NCBI GenBank assembly: GCA_951406725.2
Contig: OX597823.1
Location: 5,084,001-5,148,000, forward strand
From: Octopus vulgaris
Lineage: Eukaryota
DNA length: 64,000 nucleotides
Direction of reading: 5' to 3'
Shown: positions 15,402 through 26,780 of the stretch, one piece after another
Layout: each line of letters opens with the position of its first letter
How positions within the stretch are numbered: position 1 is the first letter of the stretch
Notes under the pieces: generated by a model
What the model saw: the letters and a program-made list of their open reading frames with translations, nothing else
What the model was told of the DNA's origin: nothing
Databases searched by the model: none
Made by a program: the position numbers and the translations under genes

Positions 15402-16140
15402 CAGTGGTTTTCAACCACGGTCCACATGACCGTTTGGGGTCCATGTAAGATTTTGTTATTAAAATTTATGTGCAATAAATTGGTTGTACTTCTTTATGCA
15501 ATCTATAATGATAAAAGTGAAATTCTGTCCAACTGAGACCCCTGTATCTCAGTCTTCATTTGCTCTACACAGACATATTATACCTTTTTGGGATCAGGAT
15601 GATCTTGGGATTGAAAACCTGCCCTTCATTTGGTTCTTGAACATCCAGCTTTGTGGTCTGATGGCTGATTCACACCATCTTGGTTGGCATTTGTCAAATG
15701 ACATCAGAGATCAAGGGGGAGATAAATGACGTTTGCTTCATTCATTTTATGTTGAGATAAAAAGCTTTGGGACAAAGTGGCCAACAGTTGGAATTCAAAT
15801 TGGGACTAGAACAGTAGAATGATTATATTACAGAATTAATTCTCATCTGTCCTTAACCCCTGATCGGACACCACCAGGGCATATAGTCATTATAAACGTA
15901 TTGTAGTCATGCTGTTTAGCTCTCCTTAGTTTGGGACCACAAGCACAATTATCCCCCTGTAGGAGCTAGCTTAAAAGTCCGCACGGAGTATGGCTTTTAA
16001 GCTAGTTCCTAATAAAACTTGTTTATAAAAAATACAGTAGGATGTTCTTTTTTATACACATTGAATGGCTGTGGAGGTTCAGGTGGGTAAAATGGGAATC
16101 AAAGAGGTCCATCAGCCAAAAAATTATTGGAAAACCACTG
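15402..16140. mobile_element. Non-autonomous hAT-type DNA transposon
   Basis: TIRs cagtggttttcaa / ggaaaaccactg; 8-bp TSD gctaagag (15394-15401) / gctgagag (16141-16148). Confidence 0.8.
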
Positions 16141-16220
16141 GCTGAGAGTCCAGAAATTTCTAAGTTCTTGCACACTTGTATATGTGTGTGTGTATGTATG
16201 TATATATATGTAAATGTATT

Positions 16221-19200
16221 TCATCATCATCATCATCATCATCATCATTTAGCGTCCGTTTTCCATGCTAGCATGGGTTGGACGGTTCTGCTGGGGTCTG
16301 TGAAGCCAGAAGGCTTCATCAGGCCCAGTCAAATCTGGCAGTGTTTCTACGGCTGGATGCCCTTCCTAACGCCAACCACTCCGTGAGTGTAGTGGGTGCT
16401 TTTTACGTGCCACCCGCACTGGTGCCAGCCAGAGCTGGCAAACGGCCACGAACGGATGGTGTTTTTTATGTGCCACCGGCACGAGGGCCAGGCGAGGCTG
16501 GCAACGAACACGAAACGGGGCGGTGCTGGCAACGGTCGCGAAACGGAAGGTTCTCTTACATGCCACCGGCACTGGTAACACATCTGCAATTTCCATTGAT
16601 CGATTTCCATTGATCGATTTCGATTCTGATCCTCACTTGCCTCAATGGGTCTTCACAAGCAGAGTTTCGACATGCCACCGGCACTGGTAGCACATCCGCA
16701 ATTTCCATTTGATCGATTTCGATTCTGATCCTCACTTGCCTCAACACGTCTTCACAAGTAGAGTTTTGTGTCCCAAGAAGGGAAGGTATGCATACGTAGG
16801 CTGGCTCCATCCCATGTAGAAGGCCACGGGTTGTGGACTCACTTGTCCTGCCGGGTCTTCTCGCGCACAGCACACTTCCAGAGGTCTCGGTCTCTAGTCA
16901 TTTCCTCGGTGAGACCTAAAGTTCGAAGGTCGTGCTTCACCACCTCGTCCCAGGTTTTCCTGGGTCTGCCTCTTCCACAGGTTCCCTCAACCGCTAGGGT
17001 GTGGCACTTTTTCACACAACTATCTTCATCCATTCTCGCCACATGACCATACCAGCGCAAACGTCTCTCTTGCACACCACAACTGATGCTTCTTAGGTCC
17101 AGCTTTTCTCTCAAGGTACTTACACTCTGCCGAGTGTGAGTACTGGCATTACACATCCATCGGAGCATACTGGCTTCATTTCTAGCGAGCTTACGCATAT
17201 CCTCAGCAGTCACGGCCCATGTTTCACTGCCATGTAGCATGGCTGTTCGTACACACGCATCATACAGTCTGCCTTTCACTCTGTGCGAGAGGCCTTTTGT
17301 CACCAGCAGAGGTAAGAGCTCTCTGAACTTTGCCCAAGCTATTCTTACTCTAGCAGTTACACTTTCAGCACACCCGCCCCCGCTGCTGACTTGGTCACCT
17401 AGGTAACGGAAACTATCAACTATTTCTAGTTTTTCTCCCTGGAAAGTGACAGAAGTTGGTCTCAGAGCATTTTCAGTGTTTATTGTTCCTGAGCATCTGC
17501 CACATACAAAAACCATCTTCCTAGTTAGCCTTCCTTTGACATTGCTGCATCTCTTATGTGTCCATAGCTTACACTTGGTGCATCTTATAGAGTTTCTACC
17601 TACACCTTTTCTACAGATCGAGCAGGGCCATCTACCTGAAGGTGTTTGTGATTTGTCTACCTTCCTACTGATTACGACTTTGGTTTTAGCTAGATTGACT
17701 CTGAGGCCCTTCGATTCTAATCCTTGTTTCCACACCTGAAACTTCTCCTCCAGTTCTGATAGCGACTCAGCAATTAGAGCAAGGTCATCAGCATAGAGGA
17801 GCTCCCAAGGGCATCCTGTCTTGAATTCCTCCGTTATTGCCTGGAGGACTATGATAAATAGGAGGGGGCTGAGTACTGAGCCTTGGTGGACCCCTACCTC
17901 TACCCGGAATTCTTCACTGTACTCATTTCCAACCCTCACCCTACTAGCGGCGTCCCTATACATGGCCCGCACAGCTCTCACTAACCATTCATCTATCCCT
18001 AGTTTTCTCATTGCCCACCAGATAAGGGATCGGGGGACCCTGTCGAAGGCTTTCTCCATGTCAACAAAAGCCAGGTACAGGGGCTTATCTTTGGCTAGGT
18101 ATTTCTCCTGCAGCTGCCTTACCAGGAATATAGCATCAGTAGTACTTTTCCCTGGCACAAACCCAAACTGCATCTCATCTAAACTAACTCTCTCTCTAAT
18201 TAGTTGGGCTATGACCCTCTCCGTAACCTTCATCACCTGGTCCAACAGCTTGATACCTCTGTAGTTGTTTGTATCTAGGGCATCACCTTTACCTTTGTAG
18301 CAGTTGACTATTATACTGCTACACCAGTCATTGGGTATGACCCCTTTGTGTATCACCTGATTAACTATATGGGTGACTAGGCTATAGCCGACACTACCAG
18401 ACATTTTGAGCATCTCTGCAGTGATTCCTGATGGGCCTGGGGCTTTCCCTGTCTTCATGCTTCTAATTGCCTTAGCTACCACAGAACTATCAACTCGGAT
18501 AGCTGGTCCCTCTGTTGGGTCAACATTCGGCAGACTCTCTTTATCCCATTCATTTTCTTCATTCAGCAACCTTTCATAGTGGCATCTCCAAACCTCTCTC
18601 TTTGCATCCTCATTTAGCGCAAGTGAACCATCTTCCATGCGAACACACTTCTCTCCTACCACATCACGATTCTCTCTCACACACTGTCTTGCAACACGAA
18701 ACACCTCCAGTCTTTGGTCCTCACGGCGCAGAACATTGGCAAATTTTTTCTTATCTGCTTCCCCTCTGGCTAAATAAACCTGTCTCCTAGCTTCTCTTTT
18801 GGCAGTCTGATACAATTCCCTGCTACCCCCATTTTTCCAGACCTTCCAAGCCTGTCTCTTTTCTCTAATAGCCCTGTCTACAATATTGTTCCACCACCAC
18901 GTTATTCTAGGTCGAGAGGGGACTTTGCACCAGCCACAGATCTGGTCAGTGGCTCTCAGCAGGTTGTCCCTTAGAAACGTCCAGCTGTCTTCTACCCCCT
19001 GTGATGCTCTATCCCCTTCTACTTCGTCAGAGGCTTCAAGTAATATGTCCCTAAATCTCTGTCCATTTGCAGGATCTTTAAGCTTCCAGATCCTTCTTCT
19101 CCATATTTGTCGTCTTCTGGTTGTCCTCCTAGTCCTGATCCTAAAGTCACTAACTACCAGTCTATGTTGTGGGGTACATTCTTCACCTGGGAAGGTTTTG

Positions 19201-20020
19201 GCATTTATAAGCAGCCATCTCTCCCTTTGCCTTGTAAGGATGTAGTCAATTTGGCTGGTATGTTGGCCCGATTGGTAAGTGACTAGGTGGCTGGTAGGTT
19301 TCCTGAAGTTAGTGTTGCAAATCATAAGATTATTTGCATCGCAGAACTCCAGCAGCCTGGCTCCCTCCTCGTTGCGGGAGCCATAGCCGTAGCCTCCATG
19401 TACGCCATGGAAGCCCCCAGCATGTCGTCCAACGTGACCATTGAAGTCACCAGCCACAAAGATAAGGTCTCTGTCGTTCGTCAATGAGGTAGTCTGCAGT
19501 AGAGTGTCATAGAATCGGTCTTTCTGTCCATCGGGTAGCCCCGACTGAGGAGCATAGGCTGATATAATGGTTGCTAAACTATGATGAAGCACTAATCTAA
19601 TCTTAAGTATTCTGTCACTTACTCTGATTACCTCAATTACTTTATCTACCCATTTCTCAGCGATAAGTATACCCACGCCACCAACCCCGTCAGTATTCCC
19701 TGCCCAGAAAATCTTGTACCTGCGTTCCTTGCCTGTGAGGAACCTAGCTGATCCTCCTCTCCACCTTATTTCTTGCATGCAACATATATCCACACATCTC
19801 CGTTCAAGCATCTCGACTATCTCACCAGACCTACCTTTCAGAGTGCCAACGTTGAGGGTGCCAACCCTGAGGGTGTGGAAGGCATGGGCTCTAGAGACCC
19901 TGGGACGGTGGACAGTAGCTTCGTGTACCTGAAAAGAAAGCTCGCATTTGGCAGAATTCATGTGCAAAAAATGAAGTAGTAAAGTAGCCTTCAGTACAAC
20001 CTGCATAACGCTAGCCTTTC
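16221..20020 (-). mobile_element. Near full-length RTE-clade non-LTR retrotransposon
   Basis: Single intact APE-RT ORF, about 620 bp repetitive 3' UTR, (GAT)n tail; both ends abut microsatellite. Confidence 0.95.
16839..20006 (-). CDS. RTE LINE protein: APE endonuclease, reverse transcriptase and internal PHD-type zinc finger (1055 aa)
   Basis: APE motifs GTLNV, MQE, SAYAP, GDFNGHVG, IDYIL; RT motifs NYRGIKLL, QFGF, FVDMEKAFDRV, GVHQGSVLSPLLF, YADD (17784-17795), FRYLG; RTE C-terminus RLRWYGHVARM...GRGRPRKTW; no stops or frameshifts. Confidence 0.96.
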   Translation of the reverse strand: MQVVLKATLLLHFLHMNSAKCELSFQVHEATVHRPRVSRAHAFHTLRVGTLNVGTLKGRSGEIVEMLERRCVDICCMQEIRWRGGSARFLTGKERRYKIFWAGNTDGVGGVGILIAEKWVDKVIEVIRVSDRILKIRLVLHHSLATIISAYAPQSGLPDGQKDRFYDTLLQTTSLTNDRDLIFVAGDFNGHVGRHAGGFHGVHGGYGYGSRNEEGARLLEFCDANNLMICNTNFRKPTSHLVTYQSGQHTSQIDYILTRQRERWLLINAKTFPGEECTPQHRLVVSDFRIRTRRTTRRRQIWRRRIWKLKDPANGQRFRDILLEASDEVEGDRASQGVEDSWTFLRDNLLRATDQICGWCKVPSRPRITWWWNNIVDRAIREKRQAWKVWKNGGSRELYQTAKREARRQVYLARGEADKKKFANVLRREDQRLEVFRVARQCVRENRDVVGEKCVRMEDGSLALNEDAKREVWRCHYERLLNEENEWDKESLPNVDPTEGPAIRVDSSVVAKAIRSMKTGKAPGPSGITAEMLKMSGSVGYSLVTHIVNQVIHKGVIPNDWCSSIIVNCYKGKGDALDTNNYRGIKLLDQVMKVTERVIAQLIRERVSLDEMQFGFVPGKSTTDAIFLVRQLQEKYLAKDKPLYLAFVDMEKAFDRVPRSLIWWAMRKLGIDEWLVRAVRAMYRDAASRVRVGNEYSEEFRVEVGVHQGSVLSPLLFIIVLQAITEEFKTGCPWELLYADDLALIAESLSELEEKFQVWKQGLESKGLRVNLAKTKVVISRKVDKSQTPSGRWPCSICRKGVGRNSIRCTKCKLWTHKRCSNVKGRLTRKMVFVCGRCSGTINTENALRPTSVTFQGEKLEIVDSFRYLGDQVSSGGGCAESVTARVRIAWAKFRELLPLLVTKGLSHRVKGRLYDACVRTAMLHGSETWAVTAEDMRKLARNEASMLRWMCNASTHTRQSVSTLREKLDLRSISCGVQERRLRWYGHVARMDEDSCVKKCHTLAVEGTCGRGRPRKTWDEVVKHDLRTLGLTEEMTRDRDLWKCAVREKTRQDK

Positions 20021-20252
20021 ATATATGTATGTATATATGTATATATATCTATATGTATATATATATGTATATCTAGATGTATGTATATACATAAGTATAT
20101 ATACGTATATGTATGTATATATGTGTGTGTGTGTGTATATATATATATGTGCATATATATGTATATATATTTATTTGTACATATGTATATATATATATAT
20201 ATATAAGACACTAAGCTTTTTTTATTCTCTCTCTGTTTATTTTTTCGTGTTC

Positions 20253-20288
20253 CTTTCTGTTGAAGAGCCAAGGCTCGAAACCTAAAAG
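20253..20288 (+). ncRNA. Minimal hammerhead variant (CUGUUGA core)
   Basis: CUUU-CUGUUGA-A-GAGC-CAAG-GCUC-GAAACCU-A-AAAG. Confidence 0.55.
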
Positions 20289-20369
20289 ACTTTCTCATCT
20301 TCCCGAGTGTTAAACTAATACACCTGTCTTCATCTTTTGTCTTGTTTTTGTAAATTCCAACTATTTATG

Positions 20370-20417
<48 letters not shown>

Positions 20418-20506
20418 GGGAGAGTTTACGAAAGAACAAAAGACGAAGACAGGTGGTGTACAAAACAAACAGATGTATTAGTATAACGCTGAGAAATAGA
20501 AAAAGT

Positions 20507-20542
20507 CTTTTACATTTCGAGCCTATGCTCTTCTACAGAAAG
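20507..20542 (-). ncRNA. Minimal hammerhead variant (mutated copy)
   Basis: CUUU-CUGUAGA-A-GAGC-AUAG-GCUC-GAAAUGU-A-AAAG. Confidence 0.5.
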
Positions 20543-20779
20543 GGACACAGAAAAAACAAGGAGAGAAAAAAAATGTGTGTAGTAACTAACGATTTATCAT
20601 GGCGATTGACCATATATATATATTTATATATACACACACACATATGTATATGTATATATAAATACATATATGTATATATAATGCAATTGGATGGCTGTTG
20701 ACTCAAGTTCATCACGCTCTGACAAATTTGCAAAAGTCTTGGTGATGCTACCAGTTTAATCTGATTTATGTGTTGTGTG

Positions 20780-21012
20780 TTTGTATGTACCCTTGTGTGG
20801 ACATCATTTGGTAGTTGTAAACAAACATCACCATCATACAAGCAATGTTGTTTGTTTCCAGTTTCCCCACGGTGAATATGTCAGGCCACTGGGAAATTAT
20901 TACTTTGCTTAGAAAGAAGTTAGGGTTGGCCACAGGAAAGGGCATCAAGTTGTAGAAAACCTGTCTCTCTTCCCCCTGCAAGCATGGAAAAGTGGACATT
21001 AAATGTAAATGA
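20780..21012 (+). mobile_element. 3' half of SINE family 2 (RTE-like tail)
   Basis: gggttggccacaggaaagggcatc...gcaagcatggaaaagtggacattaaatg. Confidence 0.65.
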
Positions 21013-21374
21013 TAAAGTTTGTGGTTTATGATGAGGATGTAGAATTTTGTACTTTAGTTTTCATTCTTTCATTGGTGCACCTGAAAAATGTTAAGCTTTA
21101 GATGATGTATGTGAAATAAAAAAAAACAAACAAATCCAGTATTGTTATCCATTGTTTTATATATGTGTGTATGGTGTGTATAGATATAGTTATTTGCTGA
21201 ATTGAAAATGCAACTTGGAACAGAAACAAAGGAACAATCAAATGGAATGTAGCACAAGAGATGGACCCTTGGTGAACTTTTTAGTGTATTGTATTCGGGG
21301 TTATTATTTCATGTTTGTTATAATGAAACAATGTTAAATGAGGTGTGCCTGTATGACATGCTAATAATAAATAC

Positions 21375-22365
21375 CTGATGCTGTACCAGGCAGTAGCTTC
21401 TAATCTTAACCGATTGGAAGTGTTATCTTGTACTTTTTAGTATAAAAGATGAGCTACAGGAAATAAACTGCTCAATACCACAGATTTACTTGTCAGTTGC
21501 TTGACTGGAACCAGTTGAGCATTTCCCTTAGTTGCTGACAATATGTGCATCTCTGATGCAGGAGTAGTGGGGGAGTATCATAGCCATATTTTGAGAGGAA
21601 TTCTTTGGGGTTTGAATAATTCACTCCTTGTCCTTGGAAACACGGGGGTTTCATTCATCATCCTTAAACAACCTTTATTCAGAGACCTTTTGAGTGGGAA
21701 TGGGCTATTTGACCGGAAGGAAATTGTAACCGGGCTCAACCTGCAAGGCCATGTGCTGTTTATCTTGATATGAGGCCACCATGTTGTGCACATATGGTTG
21801 TGATGCATATGCCTGGTGTACCCTTGTCTTAGATAAACTTAGATATGTTTCGACCAAAGATTGGTCCAGGCCATGTCTAACTTAATAGCACCACCTGATA
21901 GGATTATCTAAATCCTGTTTAAGTCAAGTTTTGTTTATGGTCCATTCAAGTTGTGAGTTCTTGTTGGGTGGGTTGTATCCAATTATGGGTGGCTTATCCG
22001 GTATTCCTTGAAGAAATCTATCCAGACTCCGTTTAAAGTTGATGGGATCCTTTTCCTCTTTGATCTCTTTCGGGACAATGTTAAACAGGGCAGGGCCCTG
22101 TTGAGGAAAAGAAATTATGTTGCAGTGTACCTATATGCTGTGATCCTGAATTGGGCAGGGGACGTATGGCCCATGGTCCCAGCCTTGGATGAACCTTGAA
22201 ACTAATGTTCAGGTTGTTTGGGCAAAGTTGGCTGTATATTCTCCACATCGTACAAATAATAGATAGGTAATCATGATGGGTATACTGGGCTTAGTATATT
22301 TGTACCCCAGTGTCACTTTGATGGCATGCACTACTCTCGTACTCAATAATAATAATAATAATAAT
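21375..22365 (+). mobile_element. Interspersed repeat with (AAT)n tail, split by a CR1 insertion
   Basis: Complex non-coding sequence ending in ctcaataataataat; appears continuous across the 21827-22260 insert. Confidence 0.45.
21827..22260 (-). pseudogene. 3' fragment of a second CR1-type LINE family
   Basis: Manual minus-strand translation: IICTMWRIYSQLCPN, then after a frameshift GPALFNIVPKEIKEEKDPINFKRSLDRFLQGIPDKP; short tandem tail tatctaagtttatctaag. Confidence 0.75.
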
Positions 22366-22711
22366 TTTTCATGTGGTTTTGTTCACAGTCATGCTGGTTA
22401 TGACAATTGTAGAGGAAGATAGTGGGTGATGGTAGATGTTATATGAGGGAAAGTGAAAAATTTTCAGTTTTAGAGAAAATTGTTCAGTAACTTTAATTAC
22501 ACATTTTGTATCATAAAATGAAAGATCACCAAATATGCTTAATTTCACAAACACACACGACAGATACACAGACAAGTGATATATCTTTTTTTTTTTCTGA
22601 TTGAATCTGATATGTGATAATCAACCAATTACTGACAAAATGCACTGATGGTCATTTAAAAAAAATACCTTTAAACAAAACAAGGAAAATAGTTTAATAA
22701 TAAATTTCACA

Positions 22712-22754
<43 letters not shown>

Positions 22755-22944
22755 TCCATGGTAGGAAGTATTTTCAAAAGAAGATAATTAAATATAAATG
22801 ATATCAGAATTCTGAAACAACTTCCCTTTAGCCAGTTCCCAACAGGAAGGTCAGATGGAAGGCCACTCTTGCACTTCAAAGATAAACTAAAAGACAATCT
22901 GAAGCAATGCAACATTCACTTTTCTTCTTGGGAAAACAAAGCAT

Positions 22945-23172
22945 CAGAGTGGATTTGGTAGATGGAAACTGAAGGAAGACTGTCGTGTGGCAACCAGTGT
23001 TGGTTTGTGTACATCCCTGTAACTTAGTAGTTTGGCAAAAAGAGATCAATAGAATAAGTACCAGGTTTTAAAAAAAAGTACTGGGGCTGATTTGTTTGGT
23101 TAAAACCCTTCAAGGTGCTGCCCCAGCATGGCCGCAGTCTTAATGACTGAAACAAGTAAAAGATAAAAGATA
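22945..23172 (+). mobile_element. SINE family 1, 5'-truncated
   Basis: gagtggatttggtagatggaaactgaag...aaggtgctgccccagcatggccgcagtc, (GATAAAA)n tail. Confidence 0.8.
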
Positions 23173-23671
23173 CACGCACACACATGTACACACACACATA
23201 CATACACATGCACATCATATTCTGCGAGAATATGTCTGGGTATGGGCAAAGATGATTTTGCTTGGAAAAATTTGAGTGCTGGTGGCAGGAAGAGCATCCA
23301 GTTGTAGAAAATCTGCTTCAGTGAAATTTTGTCTGACACATGTGATCAATTTGATTTTTTTTTTATTTATGGCCAGCCTTTGCCTGGCCAGTGGGTTGGC
23401 ATCATTTGAAAGCTATAACAATGGGTGGGAATGCATTGGTGCATTGTCAGCAAAATTATATATATTTATATATTCAGTTATAAATGAGAAACAGCCTGAA
23501 AGATATAAACAATATCACCCACAGATAGACAAGGTGTTTTGCCAGTTCATGGGCAGCCTGCAATTAGAGAGGAAATATTCTCATCAATTTGTCTAGTGTT
23601 AAAACACCTGGAAGTCATAATCGCAGCTTGCCCACGAACTAACAAAATGCATACCTTGTGTATGTGTGATC

Positions 23672-24645
23672 GATCATCATCATTTTTCATGTTGGACAGT
23701 TTGACTGATAACTGGTAAGCCAGGGAGCTGCACCAGGTTCCGATCTGATTTGGTAAGGTTCTATGTCTGGATGCCCTTCCTAATGCCAACCACTCCAAGA
23801 GTGTTGCTGGTGCTTTTTACATGCCATTGACCTGACACCAGCATCAGCCATGACTCTGGTCTCACTTGGCTTGACAGGTCTACACAAGCATGATATATTG
23901 TCAAAGGTCTCGGTCACCTGCCACTGCCTCCATGAGGCTCAACGCTTGAACGGTGCTTTTTATGTGCTGCCAGTCAGATGGGACTGGCATCAGCCACCAC
24001 TATGATCTCAGTTGGCTCGACAGGTCTTCACAGGCACAGCATATCACCCAACGTTTGAAGGGTGCTTTTAACAAGCCAATTACGTGACACTGCCATCAGC
24101 CACAACTACGGTCTCACTTGGCTCGACAGGTCTTCTCAAGCATGGCATATCGCCAAAGGTCTCGGTTGCTTGTCTTTGCTTTCATAAGGCCCAACATTTG
24201 GAGATCATGTTTCACCACCTCATCCCATGTCTTCCTGAGTCTACCTCTTCCACAGGTCCCCTCCACCATTAGAGTGCAACACTTCTTCACATAGCTGTCC
24301 TCGTCCATATGCATTGCATGACTATGCCAGCGCAGTCGTCTCTCTTGCACACCACATCTGATGCCTCTTATACCCAACTGTTCTCTCAGGATGCTTACAC
24401 TCTGTCATGCATGGACACTGACACTGTACATCCAACAAAGCATACTAGCTTCATTTCTTTCAAGCCTACGCATGTCCTCTTTGGTCACAGCCCATGTTTC
24501 ACTGCTGTGTAGCACGGCTGTTTGCACACAGGCATCATACAGTCTACCTTTCACTCTGAGCAAGAGGCCCTTTGTTACCAGCAGAAGTAGGAGCTCTCTG
24601 AACTTTGCCCCAGCATATTCTTATTCTAGCAGTTACGCTCTCGGA
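23672..24645 (-). pseudogene. Older 5'-truncated RTE copy (ORF C-terminus and 3' UTR)
   Basis: ORF 24114-24377 GIRCGVQERRLRW...GTCGRGRLRKTWDEVVKHDL; colinear with 16221-17370. Confidence 0.9.
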
Positions 24646-24899
24646 ACATTGTTTATATATATGTACAGACACACACACACACACACATGTAAAATGTCTC
24701 TTTTACTCTTTTGTAGGTTTCATTGATTGTGCTACGGGCATGCTGGATTACAACCTTCGAGGACTCAGTCGGACATATCGACCACAGTTTATATTTCAAT
24801 CTGGTATTTATTTTAACTTTATTTGTTGAATCACAAATTACATGTTTTCTATGGATACAATGCAAACAGCCATTAGTTCACCTAGTCTGTATGTATGGG

Positions 24900-25272
24900 T
24901 ATCTTTTGTCTTACTAGTTTCGGTCATTAGACTGTGGCCATGCTGGGGCACTGCCTTTAAATTTTTGTCGAATGTATTGACCCTGTATTTCTTTTATTTC
25001 TTTTAAAGTTTGGTACTTATTCAATCAAACTCTTTTGCTGAACTATTGAGTTATGGGGATGTAAACAACGCAACATTGGTTGCTGGGTGGTGGTGGACAC
25101 AGGGACACATGCACCCCACACACACACACAGTTCCTGTCAACCAAATTCACTCAGAAAACTGGGGCTATTGTAGAAGACCAAGTTATTGTCCAAGGTATT
25201 GCATAATGGGATTGAACCTGAAGCCTCATGGTTGATGGTTGCAAAGCAAACTTGTTAACCACACAACCATGC
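24900..25272 (-). mobile_element. SINE family 1, degenerate
   Basis: Tail, body and head homology to 8432-8823. Confidence 0.7.
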
Positions 25273-25541
25273 CTTGCGTAAAAAGAAAATGAATTAAGAA
25301 AATGAATTAAAAAAACAAAAAAAACAAAACAAAACAAATGCCGAAAGAAACAGTAGAATAAGCAAAGATCTCCAGAGTGTGCATGGGGGTGGGGGCAACC
25401 ACCAGAATGGAAAGCCTTAGATTACTCAGATGCATCAGAGGTATGCACCTTCTCACAGTTTTTTGTAATGATTGCTTTATCTCTGCCACAAGGGCAACAT
25501 AATTATTAACATTAAAGTACAAAGATAACCACACACACACA

Positions 25542-25578
<37 letters not shown>

Positions 25579-25764
25579 ACACACATGATATATGTATGAA
25601 GATTTCTTACATTGGTACAAGACCATAAGATCTGGGATAATATCCAAAGTCAACTGAATTCACTAGAATATATTCTTTTCGATTATATTTTATTGATCTT
25701 GGGGGAAAGGAAAGACCAGCATCAATTTTAGCTGCGATTGATCTCAGACCAAACGAAAAAAAAA

Positions 25765-26125
25765 CATCAACCCCCCAGTACTTGACTGGTACGTATTCTA
25801 TCGGTCTCTTTTGCTGAACCACTAAGTTATGGGGACATAAATACATGAACACTGGCTGTCAAGCAGTGGTGGGGCACAAAGACACACACACACACACACA
25901 CACACACATGCATACATACATGTATACATACACACACATACATATACATACATGCATGCATGCATATATGCATGACAGGCTTCTTTCAGTTTCTATCTAC
26001 CAAGTCGACTCAAAAAGCGTTGATTGCCTGGAGGCTGTAGTAGAAAACACCTTCTCGAGTTGCCACACTGTGGAACTGGATCCAGAGCCATGTGGTTGGA
26101 AAGCAAACTTCTTATTACACAGCTA
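25765..26125 (-). mobile_element. SINE family 1, degenerate
   Basis: attctatcggtctcttttgctgaacc...ggcttctttcagtttctatctacc. Confidence 0.75.
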
Positions 26126-26144
26126 CACAATAATAAAAATTAAA

Positions 26145-26335
26145 ATTTTATCGGATTTTGGCACAAGGTCAACAGGTGTCGGTGATGGAGTTAATTACAT
26201 TGACCCTACTGCTCAACTGGCATTTATTTTATTGACCCCGAAGGGATGAAAGATGGTTGGCCTTGGTGGAATTTGAACTCAAATATACAGATGGACGGAA
26301 TGCCACTGAACATTTTGCCTGGCATACTGCCTTAA
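26145..26335 (-). mobile_element. SINE family 3, degenerate
   Basis: ttttattgaccccgaagggatgaaag...gtggaatttgaactc; homologous to 38886-39102. Confidence 0.65.
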
Positions 26336-26746
26336 TAATAATTTGCTGCCTTAATAATAATAGCAATAGTAATAATAGAAGTAAAATTAAACCTGTGTGT
26401 GTGTGTGTTTCTTATTGGCATAATGACCCTCACAAGATACAAATATTGTGTAGCATTCTTTCTTTATTGGCTACAAGGGCTGCAAAAGCATTTAGATAAT
26501 ACGGAAACAAAGAGGCCATTAATTAAATCAACCCACTCTTACTCTTTCTGCTCCGAAGAATTTGAACCCAAAATGTCAGAGACATAACTTAATGTTACAA
26601 AGTGCCTTTTATGGCACTCTACTGGTTCTCTTATCACAATGGTTATTATTTTTTGATGTTTGTCACTTCATTTTTTTTTTTTTTGTCTCTATCGAATTTA
26701 TCAGCTGTGAAAAGGACATTGCAAAATTGCAGTTATTTTCAAACAA

Positions 26747-26780
<34 letters not shown>

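Larger units (their letters stand above)
20225..20575. mobile_element. Inverted pair of Penelope-like terminal-repeat remnants around a (TA)n spacer
   Basis: 20225-20365 is an imperfect reverse complement of 20415-20575; each arm carries a hammerhead-like motif. Confidence 0.7.

Noticed and set aside
16395-16700. Regularly spaced ~25-bp semi-palindromic repeats resembling a CRISPR array
   Set aside because: The spacers resemble each other, the repeats are degenerate, there are no cas genes, and the region is the RTE 3' UTR in a eukaryote
17446-19979. Several plus-strand ORFs of 66-147 aa
   Set aside because: Antisense shadows of the RTE coding sequence
25607-25680. Possible minus-strand exon ending in a gtaag donor
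   Set aside because: The sequence resembles the decayed 3' end of SINE family 3; no other support
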